Source: Yuukianura sp. NJ FZ-2021
Lineage: Eukaryota
Assembly: GCA_046563655.1 (NCBI GenBank)
Contig: CM102284.1
Coordinates: 4,464,001 to 4,528,000, forward strand
Direction: 5' to 3'
DNA length: 64,000 bases
The translations under genes were made by a program, and so were the position numbers. Shown in pieces: positions 1-15,039 of this stretch. Below the pieces are notes generated by a model that was given only the letters and a program-made list of their open reading frames with translations, ran no database searches and was not told the DNA's origin. Within the stretch, counting starts at the first letter, position 1, and each line of letters begins with the position of its first letter.

Positions 1-3000
1 GCATCCAGCAGAGATTCTGTCATTTGACCTTCCTTCCAAGCCTTCAGTCATGAACTGGAGTCGGAACGGAGTGGTTACAATGGACTCCCCTCTGGCCCAC
101 TTCAATCTTGCATCTTTAGCAATAAAGAGCCCCAATCCCAATCAATTCAAAACTTAATCTCTGAATAGGAATTGCATTTTGGAGGGATTGAGGGCGTCCC
201 TTGAGAATAATCGAGAATCATTAAGATCAGGAATCAGGATTCAAGAACCTCTGAAGACAATGGCTCCTCACCATCTTCTCACCCGTACCAAGACATTTAT
301 GCACGGACACTTACATGGCCATGCATACTAAACTATGAACCTAGCCTACACCTAACTTAAATGTTGATAAAATCAGCGTCCAACAGAGTCCTGGGATTCT
401 TCTCACCTTCTGCAGTTCATCTCTTCAAATCTCATGGGACAACAGAATTCGACACTTAGCATCTCATTAGCTCCTTGACTTAAGGCTTAAGGTGCAGCTA
501 ACGTTCTACCTCACAAAACACATTTCCCACAAAAGCCTTTAGCTTTTTTCAACTTATTTACACTCACCACACATGTTTTATTCATCTTCGGCAACTTAAC
601 AAACCGGCTTTCTCATGTTCTCCTTCAGCCTTAGGTTCTCACTGTAGTTTAAAATTGTTAAGCTAAAAATAGCATGTCCACAGATCCTACACTTCTGGTT
701 CTTTGTAACGTCCTTAACCATATCCTCCTATCGACAACCAAAAAAGTTTACAAAATGGGCGTTAAGCAGAACTTTCTAGAACAACGCTAAGTTTTAGAGA
801 CGCTAACTAACCAAAAAGTAGCGTTAAATCAACAAAACTCAACTTAACCCGAGCGAGCATGGATCCTCCGCCGTCACAAAGCCTTCCCTCTTCCTGATCC
901 TTCGCCCTCTCAACCCTTGACCCTTAGAAATGAAACCTAATGCTTCTATTTTGGTTTTTAGCAAAAAGGGAGAGTTGAAGAGCTAAAGGGCTCCCTGCAA
1001 CTCCAGTGAACAAAGGAAACGTAATTTCAGCAGCTCCGAAAAGTCTCCTGCAGCGCAAGGCCGAAGTCTTTTCACATGGAAATTTATATGCTACAGCTTA
1101 ACTAAAAGGAAACGTTCAAGCTCAGCATGCAGCAGAAGATGATACTGCTTCAGCAGCAGAATATAAATACAAAAAAGTTGATGAATCAAGAACTTGACTC
1201 GATCATAAATTTCCAATTGTCCAAAAAGATGATTTTGAATTTGGTAATTTCGAATTGCTCCATCATCATCATCAGTTTCTAGAATATGATTAGGGATAAT
1301 GGAAGCAGGGGAGCCCTTAGACTTTAAAATCAAAGTTTTAGCCCTTAGTTTCATCTTCTATGTCCTAAAAAACAACTCCTCACGGATTTGTGATGATGAT
1401 GATGATGATGAAGATGATTATCTCCTGTCTCATGCTTCAGCTCTGTCCAAGTCCAACACTCCTTGGCCAACCTTTGCCGTTGAAGCCTCAAAGAATAATG
1501 AATTTGAAGTCTCTCTTTTTTACTTTTTCATCCCCTTTTGCCTAGACTGATGATGGGGATAAAGCCTGAAGCAGAACAACGAAAAGGCATCAAGAAAAAT
1601 GAAAAACTGAAAAAAATGAAATAAATGGGCATCATCCTCATCCCTGTGAGTATTAATGATCTCAAAGTTGCTTTAGATGAGCCAAGGGATGATGGGAAAA
1701 TGGTACTTTTCGTTATGCCTTAGCTACGAAGGGCTTCCTTCCTCCTCTGACAGTTTGACATGAAACATAAAGCAACCTCAGTCCAACTAATAAAAATAGT
1801 CACAAAAGCAAAGGCTAACATTCATAGCTTCCAATGGAAATGAAAAAATACAAATAGAAGACCAAACTAACAATGGATTTATTTTATCCAGTTTTTTTCA
1901 AGTTCTCAAACAACCATGTCAAGCATTCATTATTCAAAGGGCCCCTCAATTTTAAAAAAAAGCAAGGGAGAGCTCAGTAGACTTGAAACGAACCATAACC
2001 TACCCTAATTCAGACAAAGTTAAGGTCAGTTAAGCTACACAAAATTCTAATCTTACACAACGTGTACAAATTAGTCACTTTCACATATGGTTCGATCTTC
2101 TCTGCATTTTAAGTTCGATTTTGTGCATTCTCATTGGCTAACTAGTAGAAAATGAGCTTTTACAAATGTGTTAAGCTTTTAAATTGAAAAGTTAAAGTAT
2201 GACTCATGCGGGTAGAGCAATAAGCTGACGAGTTGCTGATCACAGGTGAGCATCATTACATTAGTCATATTTCTTCAAATTGTTAAAAATTCAGCGTATT
2301 CAACTCGCAGTGTCAGAGCCCCCGCACTGCAGAGGTGTTTTCGCAACACAGGATCCAAGAACCAAAACGTATTCAATTTGGTATGAAATATTCACACAGC
2401 ATAACAAAACCGATGTCAACACAATCGGCTATTACCTCTCCTGTACTTTCAAATGACAAAATTTAATCCAAAGTTAAAATGATTCAAAATGCTTCATCAA
2501 AATTTAGGCATTGAATCATCCATCTCCGGGTAGTTCGAGTCGTGTTTTCGACAAGCAGTTTGTCAAAAACGAAGTTTTACACGCGCTCAAATGATTAGTT
2601 AGCGTGGGTTCAATCCAGAATTTTGTACGTTTAATTATAATCAACCCGCAGAGTAACCTCTGAAAACCGCAACAACGAAACCAAAGCGTGAGACCAAAGT
2701 TTAAAACTTATCTAAAGTTTTTAATTAAGGAAAATGCGAATGTAGAAACACAATCCTAAAACATAGTTTCGAAAACCTATCTTTTAAAATAAAATTTTCA
2801 GAAATATTACAAGTGTTCATCAGAAAAAAATAGAAAAACAAAATATTTGAAAACACCATAAGGTGGTAAGAACTTTAGCGAAAAATGAGTCAGAACAGAA
2901 CGTAAGTCGGTTAACACTCAAAATCAAAACAAAAAATATGTTCCGCAAAAATCTCAACCTTCAAAACCAATTTCTGCAAATTGAAAAAAAAAATACAACT

Positions 3001-6000
3001 GGAAATTGAAAACTCAATTTCCAAGAACATGCGAGCTGGAAAAATCCTCAGTTTCTGTTAAGAATCACGAAAAAAGTTATTTTTGACATCCCATGAAGTT
3101 AGGCTTCAAAATGTCATTTTGTCTAAAATTTCAACAAACAAAATTTGCAACCATTGTGCACTTTTCCCTTGAATTTCATCACCCAACTACCTAAATTGTA
3201 ATTCTCCGGCATTATGACACATTCCCAATAACTTTCCAAAGCCACTAACCAATTGTGAATCATCGTTGTTCAAAATTTCAGCAACAAACTTTTCCACAAC
3301 TACTCAAACTCGACCTGTGACGAATGTCATTTGCCCATACTTTATCGTAGTTTACTACAGAGGTCAAATGTCAAATATATACAAACATAAGAGCAATGAC
3401 GAACGAAAATTTATTGCAGCGTTGACATCTTTTAACACAACTGCTGATTTTTTCTGTATGCTCGTCGTAAAATCTTTGACAGTTTCCTGTCCTTGTAACT
3501 TCCAAAGTTTTGAAGGTCATAGTAAGAAAGAAGTAAAGGAAAACCAAAACGTGTGAAACCTAAGTGTAAATTTCCAACCACCATAGTCGATGACAAAAAA
3601 AATGGTGATGTGAAGTGACATTTCGCTATCGATATTCCATTATACTAAACATTTGACCCATTGACCTTTTCCTCATAAAATACGTTTACTCAGCAAACAT
3701 TTCCAGAACTTTCCAAAAGTCATTTGGCCTTAACGTTTGCTTGCCTGACTTCCTTGTACTAATTTCGCTTCTACTTGACTCATCCCAATTCAAATCAAGG
3801 TACAATTAGTGTACATAGTGACACAACGTCAAGTGAGCCACGGCGTACATGAACGTTTACCACTAGAAGAACTCATCTAACAAAAAAAAACCGAAATCAG
3901 GACAACCTAGATTATAATTTCATTAAAAAAAGTTAAAAATCGTCTACTAGCCTAGTTTTTCAATCCTAAAAACGAAAGCGTCAATTTGGCTGTAATTGCG
4001 AATTTAGCTAAACTCATCGTCATCACTGAGCAGGATGCAATAAAAAATTAGCATGTGAAGGTGTGCAGAAGGTTACACAAAGCTCTTCTTGTTTTTCGTT
4101 TTGAAAATTTCGAACAAACGTTTTCACATAAAAAACAAAAAAAAATTTTTTTCTTTAATTAAAATTAAACTCCCCGGAAAACCGAAGACTTTCCTTTCTT
4201 TTCTGTTTTTTAGAAAGTTGCAAAACTTGCAAATCTCAAGATTTTCCAACGCATAAACTTCAACTCAAAGACTAATTTTCTAAATGCTGCACTTTGCATC
4301 CGGCTTTCTCTTCTAATCTGTACATTTTTCTATTAAAAAACTCAGAAAATCCGAACAAACAGCCAGGTCCGCCACGATCTCTAGCAGGAAGTGGAACCTA
4401 GACGTTAATTATCTAAAATATTAATTAGCAAAAGTGATCCCACGAGGGTTGATCCCTAAAACGCCCTTCCTGGCTCTTTTTGTATAAGCAGTGACCCGCA
4501 AAAGCTCAATGGTTTTCAAAAAAATAACTGCAAACCTGCACAAAGTTTAGTCTAAAGCCAAGGATTAACTTTATGAAGGAAAATAGCATCATTCTGTCAA
4601 AAAAAAATCATAAAAAGGTTGGAAACAATGAAAATTTTGCTGCAAGTAAACAACAAAGGAGAGAAGCACTTTCACAACTTTTTTTTTTGTATTTTAAAAC
4701 CTTGTCGTACCGCTGGTATCACAGCGGAAAGGAAGTCGTGGCACACAAAAATACATTTTAATGCAAACCCCATCACCCCTGTACTATTGTTTCTCCTTGG
4801 TTTCGTGTTTGCTAAAGCCTAAACCTTCGTCCCAAAAAATTGCAACCTATTTTGTCACACTAAATTGCAATTTGTAATTTGCTACTTTGCCAAAAACAGG
4901 GCCAAAGAAAAACTTAAAATCCAAAAGCATAATGTATGACCTGAGCCTAAATTAACAATTGAACAATACAATTCGAATTTCATATCTTCAAATCAATTCG
5001 TGCAAAAAAGTTTTCCCGAAATTAAAATTTCAAAGGCACCTTGACCAAAGCTCCTGCTGATTTTTGCAATTTTTTCTCCTCATAATTCCTCCCTATTTTC
5101 CTTTTTATCATTTTTTTTTGTACAAGAAGAGCATGAAGGTGTTAAATCTAGAGCAAGTTTTTACTCCTACAATCAAGCCATGATTTAGCAATAAAAATCT
5201 ATATATTTCCCAAACTGACTTGTCCAATTTTTTTTCCTTTTGCAAAAGTAGACTACTCAACTACTGAGACATGACAAAGGTTTGAGGAGTTGAGCTGAAC
5301 AGACTAGGAAAAACAACAAAAGCAGGAAGGTAAGACAGTTTGAGCTGAAGCTCATGCTAAACCATAATGAATTAATCAAAGCTACGACAACACAAAGCAA
5401 TTTTTGCAAAGGAAAATTTTACAAAACTCAAAAAAGTCAATTCATTCTACTTTCTGCTCCGTTTTCTATACTAGTAAACCCATTTACTTTCGCAAACCAA
5501 TTTTCCTTTTCCCCAGACATGCTTTTTTCCTGTCAGAAAAAACAGTCCACTCCTTTTGAATTCGAAATTCATAGAAAAAAAACACATCAAAGGTAAAATA
5601 AGAGCTGTTTTCCTGTTTTCCTGCAAATGGACAATGGGTCGGCTGAAAAAAACTCCAAAATAGTCACATCAATTTCATGATACTCTGTTTGTCATCCACT
5701 TCAACAATTTTTTCATTTAGCATGCAGTAATCATTAATTAATCTGGTGCACTCAGCACTCGGTTTGGTTCAAACCCTTAAACAATCGGAACTTTCGAATG
5801 GAAGAGGTTGACATCATCATCCTATGTTAGCTAAATTGGTTAACGTACGATCCAACCTAGGAGGTGGCTATTTCCACTTAACATTGACCAGGGTCAAGTG
5901 CAACCTTGTTGTCTTCTGAGTCTTTATCAATTAGGCCACTTTGACTGCTATCACTTGGTATCAGTACTACAGCGGAGGTTTAGCCTAGCCTAACCTTCTA

Positions 6001-6201
6001 GAAAAACAATGTGTTTAATATATTTTCAAATCTACAAAAAAAAACATAACCTAACCTAACGTTATTCTCATCTTCCATTTTAAGCTTCATCCATTGAATG
6101 AGTGAAAAGTGAATTACAGTATTTGCATAATTTGCAGATTTCGACGGATCTGTAAATTGTAAAAGCTTTTTGCACTTCTCACATCCAGTCACCTCAAACC
6201 A

Positions 6202-7459
6202 TCTCTAACTTTTTGACGTGACAAACTTTTTTGACAAAATTTCACTTTTACTTTTTGAGGAATTGGAATTTTGAAAAATTCAGCTGAAATTCAACTTTTG
6301 GATATATTTGCCTTGCCGAAAATTCACGCGTACTCTACCCTCTCGAAATGTTGGTCTCGTGAAAAATTGACTTGTTCTCTAACTTTTTGACGTGACAAAA
6401 TTTTTTGACAAAATTTCACTTTCACTTTTACTTTTTGAGGAATTGGAATTTTGAAAAATTCAGCTGAAATTCAACTTTTGGATATATTTGCCTTGCCGAA
6501 AATTCACGCGTACTCTACCCTCTCGAAATGTTGGTCTCGTGAAAAATTGACCTGTTCTCTAACTTTTTGACGTGACAAAATTTTTTGACAAAATTTCACT
6601 TTCACTTTTACTTTTTGAGGAATTGGAATTTTGAAAAATTCAGCTGAAATTCAACTTTTGGATATATTTGCCTTGCCGAAAATTCACGCGTACTCTACCC
6701 TCTCGAAATGTTGGTCTCGTGAAAAATTGACCTGTTCTCTAACTTTTTGACGTGACAAAATTTTTTGACAAAATTTCACTTTCACTTTTACTTTTTGAGG
6801 AATTGGAATTTTGAAAAATTCAGCTGAAATTCAACTTTTGGATATATTTGCCTTGCCGAAAATTCACGCGTACTCTACCCTCTCGAAATGTTGGTCTCGT
6901 GAAAAATTGACCTGTTCTCTAACTTTTTGACGTGACAAAATTTTTTGACAAAATTTCACTTTCACTTTTCACTTTTACTTTTTGAGGAATTGGAATTTTG
7001 AAAAATTCAGCTGAAATTCAACTTTTGGATATATTTGCCTTGCCGAAAATTCACGCGTACTCTACCCTCTCGAAATGTTGGTCTCGTGAAAAATTGACCT
7101 GTTCTCTAACTTTTTGACGTGACAAAATTTTTTGACAAAATTTCACTTTCACTTTTACTTTTTGAGGAATTGGAATTTTGAAAAATTCAGCTGAAATTCA
7201 ACTTTTGGATATATTTGCCTTGCCGAAAATTCACGCGTACTCTACCCTCTCGAAATGTTGGTCTCGTGAAAAATTGACCTGTTCTCTAACTTTTTGACGT
7301 GACAAAATTTTTTGACAAAATTTCACTTTCACTTTTACTTTTTGAGGAATTGGAATTTTGAAGAATTCAGCTGAAATTCAACTTTTGGTTATATTTGCCT
7401 TGCCGAAAATTCACGCGTACTCTACCCTCTCGAAATGTTGGTCTCGTGAAAAATTGACC
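6202..7459. repeat. Tandem array, 7 near-identical copies of a ~180-bp unit
   Basis: Unit begins tctctaactttttgacgtgacaaa and ends gtctcgtgaaaaattgacc. Copies start at 6202, 6376, 6556, 6736, 6916, 7103 and 7283 (periods 174, 180, 180, 180, 187, 180). Length differences come from the copy number of an internal ttcact/tttcact module, and there are only a few substitutions. Confidence 0.97.
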
Positions 7460-10400
7460 AGGAACTTGTTTTTCAGTTTCATGGTTGCGAAAATTTAAGT
7501 GTTTACTAATATTAAAAACGAGTTTAAGCAGCAAGGTGATTCAAAATAAGCCTACACACTTGAAATGTCCAGAGGTTAACAAAGTTGAAACCCCTTTTAG
7601 CAATGCTTAGTAATGGACAATTGTAGTAAATAACTAGAGTTATAAATTCATCACTGCTGAAACACAGAAAAGAATAGTAAACTGACTTTTTAAACTTCGG
7701 CTTCAGCTTAGCCTGTTTTTTCAAATTCAGAAATGAAAATAGACAGTTCAAGGTCTGCCTGTAGTTTTTCAAATGCAAGCAATCAACAAGGCAGGTACGA
7801 CTTTGCCAAAAGCGTACTCGACTCTTTCAAAATACAAAAAAGTGACTTTTGCAATTTTTTTTTCAATTTAGCTGCTTCTCGTGGTTGGTTGTGCCACATG
7901 TTTTTCTAGGAAAAGTACAACATTTTAATGATCTTGATCTTAGCGTATTGACGTCACCTTTTGACTTGAAGCGGAACAAGAAATGGGAAGTAGTGAATGT
8001 TCGAGAAAGCCAAAAAAAATCTTGCTTCAAAAATTACATGTTATTAAGTATTTGCAGTACTTAATGATGAAAGTGGATTCAGAGATTTACTCAGAAACGG
8101 AACTGGATTTTGGCAATCCGCAGCAGAAATTGTTTTTTGGAGGCAGAACTTTAGTTGGCTCTGGCTCAGATCCATCAAAAAAGTGTTCTTTTGATATAAA
8201 AAGAAAAAGTTTCAATTTCCCAAATCCTTAAAGTAATTATACACTTTGGCAAACTTTCTCTTTTTTGTTCGTGTCACCTTTGATGACCTTGGTTTGACTT
8301 TGACGCAAAGATGGTCACCTTAGATTTTCTGGAAGGACACTTTCTCCAATCACGCCTAGCTTAATTTCTTTCATGTAATTTTCCGCTGCCTAAACTTTTT
8401 AAATCTCATGACCAAAATCCAACTCCATTCTTTTGGAAGGAGATGAAAAGATGTGCGTGTTTCCAAGAGAGTTGCGTGAGGTAAATCCTTATCCAAATTA
8501 CATCAAAAACCTCCTTTTGAAGTCCTTTCAACTAGAAATTTCAAGACAAAGTGAAAAAAAAAACACAATAAAATAAGAATTTTTAACTAGAACAAGATTT
8601 CTCATGTTCTGTAACAAGAACAACAAATAATTTTCTCACTTTACCAAAATAGACGTTGAGTTAAAATTGTTTTCACAAAAAATATCATACAAATTGAGAA
8701 ATTTGAAGTGACCTTCCACTTCCATGAAAAAAATGTTGTCAAAAATACTTTTTGGAAAACCAAGAAAATGGAAAAAGCTATTCGCTTTATAAAAATCATT
8801 TTCAGAAAACTTGAAAAAAAAACTAAAATTCTATTTACTCGAGTCTCTTGCGAGCGTGCAATTTTCTTCTCCTTTTTAAATTGCATTTTTTGGTTGGAAA
8901 TTTAGAAAGGTCAAAGTGTCACCGTTGGCCTGTTCGTGCCAACTGCAAATAAGCGTCAAGTCTCACGTCTTGTCATCAACATCACGTAAAGAGTCAAAGT
9001 CATCAACCGACGTGACCATATACAGCTAGCACAAACAAGAAAATCTTGAAAAGTAGCTACAAGCTGTAAAAACTCTTACAAAAGTTTCTAACATTTCCTC
9101 CACTACAGAGCAGCCCAACCCTAAAAAATCTCAATTTGGTAAAAACTTACAAAAATTTTTGGAGAAACTCACATTTTTTATCCCTTCTCGCGCAAAATTT
9201 GGTACTAAAGAATTCCTTCTGGTTTTTCCTGTAATGTACATTTACAAAAACGTATGATATTGAAAATGGAATCGTACATTTTTTTTTGTATTCAGCAAAG
9301 ACTCAGAATTCAGCCGGGAGGATCGAAAACTTGACTAGGAAACGCTCTGTCATCGCTTGTCAAGGGAACTTATTTTTTTCTCGTCTTTTGACGGGACGTG
9401 GAATCGAACCGTGGAAGATCAATTCATAATTTTCCGAACCCCTGTTATGTACATCCATCATTTCGGAAATAAATTCACAAGAAAAGCCCTCCTGCAGCCA
9501 TGCTGGAATACACACTAACATTTCGAATTGGCATGCTCTGAGGTCTCTTGCCATTGCTAATTTACAATTCAAAATTTCAAGAAAGTTATGAATTTCAAGT
9601 GCCCTGAGTCTCTTGAGCTTGCAAGATCTCATGAGAATGGATCTTTTCTTGGCATTACACTTCCTTATAAAGTACAAACAATGCAACATATTGAATACTA
9701 AAGCATAAATACAAACTTGGAACTGATCCTTATAAATTGTGGAGATACATTATCATAACCAGTTCAACAACTTGTGCCAAGAAATTCACTTACGTAAATT
9801 CACTGTTTAATAATCACTATTAAATTTTCCAGTAAAAACAGCTCTAACGAAACGGTAACATACAAGTAGCAACGGTACTCTTGCAACCCAGATTTAAAAA
9901 ATGTCATATCCATTGACAGCGTATGCTTACATTTTTTTTTACAAAAATTATTATTTGTGTCTTTAAATCAGATCGACTGAATCCCACCTTCAAAATCTAC
10001 TATTTGCACCAAATTCTTTTGTTTTAAAATAAATCCACATAACTGAGACTGACAGGCGGACAGACAAAGAAGTTTGTTCGTGTAAAGTTGAAAATCTGAA
10101 CCGCAATGAGAATATACGAGATTTGCAAATTTTTCGCTCCGGCCGGCATTAGTTAGCCAACCTTTCTTGTAAACCCAAAATTACAATTACCCAGTACATC
10201 AGAGTCTTGTAATTCACTTCTTATGAAAAATGACCTCTAATTCCCACTTTTTTAGCAACTTAACTTTTCAAAAAAAAAATCGCACAAATTATGTTTGCAC
10301 ATTGGGTAAACTCACACCAAAAACCCATCCATTACCAAATCCTCTTACTCCACGAACTGAATTTTAATAGTTCTCGAAGTAAAGTAGAAACTCAATGCAA

Positions 10401-10720
10401 CTTTTTGTGTGGTTTGTAGTAAAGTTTGCTACACCACAATTGCATCCATCCACTTGACTCCTGGGTTACCGTTTGACACTAAACTGTGCAAATGCAAAGT
10501 AAACCACGCCAATTTCATTCAAACTCGGAAACTAAAGTACGCTTCAAGGTAAAGTAAATAGGAACAAGATGATTGGCACATATTAACTTTTTTTAAGTTA
10601 CTTCAGCTTCTGGTTCCCCATTTAAGTTCAAATCTCCATCAAGGTTTCACCTTCTCCAACAATCATCAAGGAGAAGGACAATTAAAATGTAAGTGAAACG
10701 CCAATTTAGACTTTTTTTGA

Positions 10721-10747
10721 ATGATGATGATGATGATGATGATGATG
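10721..10747. repeat. (ATG)9 microsatellite
   Basis: Perfect ATG run; it produces the spurious poly-Ile ORF 10666..10881. Confidence 0.9.
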
Positions 10748-13700
10748 AATTGGCTTGCAATTGCAAAAGAGGGAGGCAACAAACTAGCTAAACCTTGCTG
10801 AAGTTTATGCATTATCCGCCAAAATGGTGTTGGACGAAGGTGTTGCAAAAATGGTAGTGCAAAGTTAGCAAAAAATTTCAATTTTGCATAATTTCCATCA
10901 AGTACAAAATCAGTTGTGGCCTAATTCAAGTTCCTTTTTTTTGGTCATAATAATTGAACAATTTGTAAGCTGAAAAAAGTGTTAAGAAGCAAAAAAAAAC
11001 TTTGTAAATTTTCCAGATGATTTTTGTGAACAATCCAAATGAGAAAATATAGTTGGAGGCTACGTGTTTCTGAAGGTGATTTTGAAGGGTTAGGGTTTTT
11101 AGAAGGGCGTTTTCATCTCGAATCTTGAGCTTAGTAACCACCTAGCAACAACACATCTCACAACGTCTTTCCTCCGTAAATGCATCTTGTAAGCCTTCTC
11201 AAACCAAGGAAAAAACGAACAAAGAAAATCTTTAAAACTTTTCCAAGTTCCCTGCCTCGCAGAAGATCCTTGGTGTTGATGGGCACTAACCAGAAGTAAC
11301 CAATTTTCTAAACATTTTTTTTTAAAAAGCATCCCTGCCTACGCTCAAAATTGAACGTCAACTTTCAACTGTTTCCGTTGAAAAAACGTCGTGGTCATTT
11401 TCATTTTTAGAAACTTTCGATCGTTTGAAGTGTCAGAAAAAAGAAAAAGCTCAGAAGCTAAGCAAAAGTGTTGTAAAAAGCTATTAAAAACGAACCTTCT
11501 TTTATAGAAAGTCAAAAAAAGTAGAAGCTTTTACCAGATTTGTTATGGTACTTTAAATACCATGGTCTGTCGTATTATTTTCTCTCTAGTTTTCTACTCT
11601 CAACTTTCAGTTTTTCTTTGTTCAAAAAATGAAAAGCAGTACAAAAACTCTAAAAACGAAAACGTTTTAGAAAAAAATGATCCTTCAGGGTTTTGAACAA
11701 AGGATTTCAAAATGAGAGCGTTGTTCTATTTTTGAAAAAAATAACAGGAGAGAGCCCTGATGAATTACTTCCGCATAATTTCAAAATTCAGAAACAACAA
11801 ATAATTTCCTTGTTCTAAACAATGAAAATTAAAAATTCTACATTCAGAACACTCCAAAATCTCTCTCCAACGAACTAAAAAGCCAAAATTATTCTGAAAC
11901 ACGAATTCAGCTCCCAGGCAGTTAAAAAAAATACGGTTGAAGTACAACTCCTCCCTCCATTTGTACCCACACCCGCTACTCTCCCGTCTTAAACCATTTC
12001 CTGTCCATGTGTAATTAATTTTGACCGCAAAAGGCAGCTTTTCGTTGCCTTTTTTAACGTCTGTATGTAACCACGGTTGAAAAAGTTTTTTTAAAGAAAA
12101 GTTTCACATAGTCTTATAGCACAAAAGTAAGATCCCAGAACTGGTTTAACGTTAAAATCTCCACTATCCAACCCTATTCCTGTTCTTTCCATGGGAAATT
12201 GAGCTTGTGTTTAATTTCAAAAAGGGAAAAAGGCGTAGGATGATGAAGATTTGTAACAAGAAAATTTATTACAATGGAAAAGCAACAATTCAGTCCAAAA
12301 AGCTACGCTTGTCCTTCCTGCCCTTCTTCCTTGGATTAATTACACGCCAAACCGGTTTCACTCCTCGGATGACGAAGATGAACAAGAGAGTTTTACAAAA
12401 ATCCAAAACTCATATGTGTTTTAAACTATAAAAATGAATTTTATGCACATAAAAACATTGGACATAAAAAGAAACGAGAGAACATTCTCGTAAAATTCCA
12501 GAGAATAAAGCTACAGTTTCTACTCTCTCAGAATAATTAGCGTTGTTAAACATTTTCTGGAATTACTACTAACTGCAAATTGCCCATTTTCCAGAAAACC
12601 AAAAGTTTCAAGGCCGTTTTTCGAAATTCACATTCGTCCAGCGTGACAAAACGATACTAACGAAACCCTACCACTTCCAGTCTCCGTGATTGTTTCGCCT
12701 GGAAGTTAAATTTTTTGCAACCTAGTTTCTGCCACCACATTCATAATTCAGCAGAACTTTTTACGCCCAACCAGAAAGCATGTTCCATTTTCCAATTTCA
12801 ACCTACGGAATACACCACGTCCCAGTAGCGTCTGCGTCACTCATATCTCCATGTTCCAAAATGCCCTTGACAACAGCATTCGACGTTCCAGCTCCGCCCT
12901 CAAGTCACATTCAAACGACTTCAACTGACCTTCATGAATCACCTATCCGTGTCAACCAGCATCATCGAGCAACAGGGAACCTAAACTTTTTAAGCTTCAA
13001 AAACCTTACCCGTACCTCCGCGTTTCATTATTCACAACTTTTTGCAGCTCAAAACCTAATAAACTCGTGCGAAATTGAGTCATGTCTCACCAAGCAGAAC
13101 TTTTTTTTCCTTAGTTACTCGCTTAAGCCGTTTCCAAAAGTACTAAAGTAACAGAAGAACATTTTGCAATTTTTTTTTTGCAAGGAAATCTTCAGCTAAG
13201 AACCGGTGGTGACTCATACCCCTTGCAATTGCAATCGCAGCATGCAATCTAAGCAAACTTCAAGGGAAGCAAGGAAAAGGAAGTTCCGTGTCCACCTATT
13301 GTAAAATTATTTTAAAATGAACATTCGATAAATGCATCGCTCGTCGTGTTACTAAACTTCACTCTAAAATTATACCGTGTCCTTCCTAATTTTCATGAAC
13401 TCTTGCATGTCAAAAAACAAGAACAGAATTTATAATGGAATTGGAAATGGATAATGAGAGAATCGTATGATCCTGAAGGTGTAGCCTAGCTTGGCAGCAG
13501 CATGATTACAGTAGGCAACATCTTTCAATTTAAATTTAAATTTCAAAATTTCAATTTTAAAACAAGAGAACGGGAAAAGCTGACCTGGTTTTGGCTGAAT
13601 CGGATGTTGGTGCACGCGATGATGAAGCAGAGTCCTTAGGCCTCCGAATCCCATGATGAAGATGACCTTCTGACCTCTCCGTGAAAGAAGTCAGTTACAA

Positions 13701-15039
13701 AATGTATTAATCCAGACAAGGTCAACGGTGGGGCAGGTCACCACAACTAATAGTGTAACAAATTCGGTTAAATTGATCCACGAATGGACCACCACTGACC
13801 GTGACATATGCTGACCACAGAGCAACAAAGAAGACAAAGGAAACTGTCCAAAATCAGCGAAATAACCAAGAAGACAAAGGAAATGTCAAACTATCCTTCT
13901 TCTGACCACAAATTCAACTGAATGGAGTCAAAGGCTATCAATTTACAAGAATTAAGAATAAGGTTGTCCAAACCTAGACAAGTCCATACGAATTTGATTG
14001 ATAACATTAGTAACAAGGTTAGAGACACAAAAACGAAAAGTTAACTACTTTTTTATAACTACGTTGATAATTATTATGTTAGGTTAGTTTTAGATAAACT
14101 AGGACTCATAGAACTTCCTGGATAAAACTAAACTTTTGTGTTGACTTTAGCATTTATCAATCGATTTGCAATGACGAAAGGTCGGGAACGTGTTGCATCA
14201 GTTTGCAAAAACCGAAAAAAATGGCCACGCCATAAGGAAATAGCAAAAGCAAGTTTCAAAAACCGAAAACTTTGAAATGATTCATTTTTTGATATTTCTT
14301 GAAAGTCAAAAACGTGTTTCTCGTGTACTCATAAATTAGAAAAACCATAATTCACCTAATAATTTGAAATTAGGTTCACATTAATCGAAACATGATCTTC
14401 AATTTTTCATTTTCTCACACAATATGGTTCTAAACCTACAATTCACAAATTACATGTCGAGCTGAACTCAAGGAAGAGAATTGTGCATATCCAATCGGAA
14501 GATAAAACCAATCTCACGAAAACCAATTTATGGCAATCCGTACAGAATTGATTAGGTACATTGAACACAATAATTCCGAAGATTGGATTTCGGTTTCGTG
14601 TTTACAACCAAAATGATTCTCTAGGAATAACTTTTCCTGAAAAATAGAATGCTCAAGGCTAAAAAGTCAATTTTGAAAACTATGTTGGGGGAATCCATTT
14701 CCTTCGCATCTTCACGTTTGAGAAGACTTTGCAAGACAAATATTGGCACAATGGAATGGAATTTTAGGAGACTTGAATAGAACAAGATCAATACTGCTTA
14801 GTAATGCTGGGGACTTCAATATTGCTTCGTAATACTGGAGGACTATACTAAAAAGTAATAATGGAAAACGTGTCAGGTAACAAACGAATTCACTAATGAG
14901 ATTTCCTTTGTAATAATTTCACCCTAACTGGGTTCTGGAGCAGAGATGCTGGAGAAGCTGGAAGAGGAAGCTACTGGAACTGACTTCGGTTAGCCTATTG
15001 ATTTTTTCTTTCATTCAACCTTACATCCACCGCCTACGC

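Noticed and set aside
6202..7459. Array as a CRISPR locus
   Set aside because: Units are contiguous and identical with no unique spacers, there are no cas genes, and the context is eukaryotic.
13585..13654. Possible first coding exon on the - strand (MGFGGLRTLL...CCAG|gtcagc)
   Set aside because: The start and donor are plausible, but I found no downstream exon or homology, so it cannot be supported.
1..14500. Numerous 60-120 aa ORFs in the left 14.5 kb
   Set aside because: They are F/K/L/I-rich translations of A/T tracts and microsatellites, with no family motifs and no chain of phase-compatible exons.
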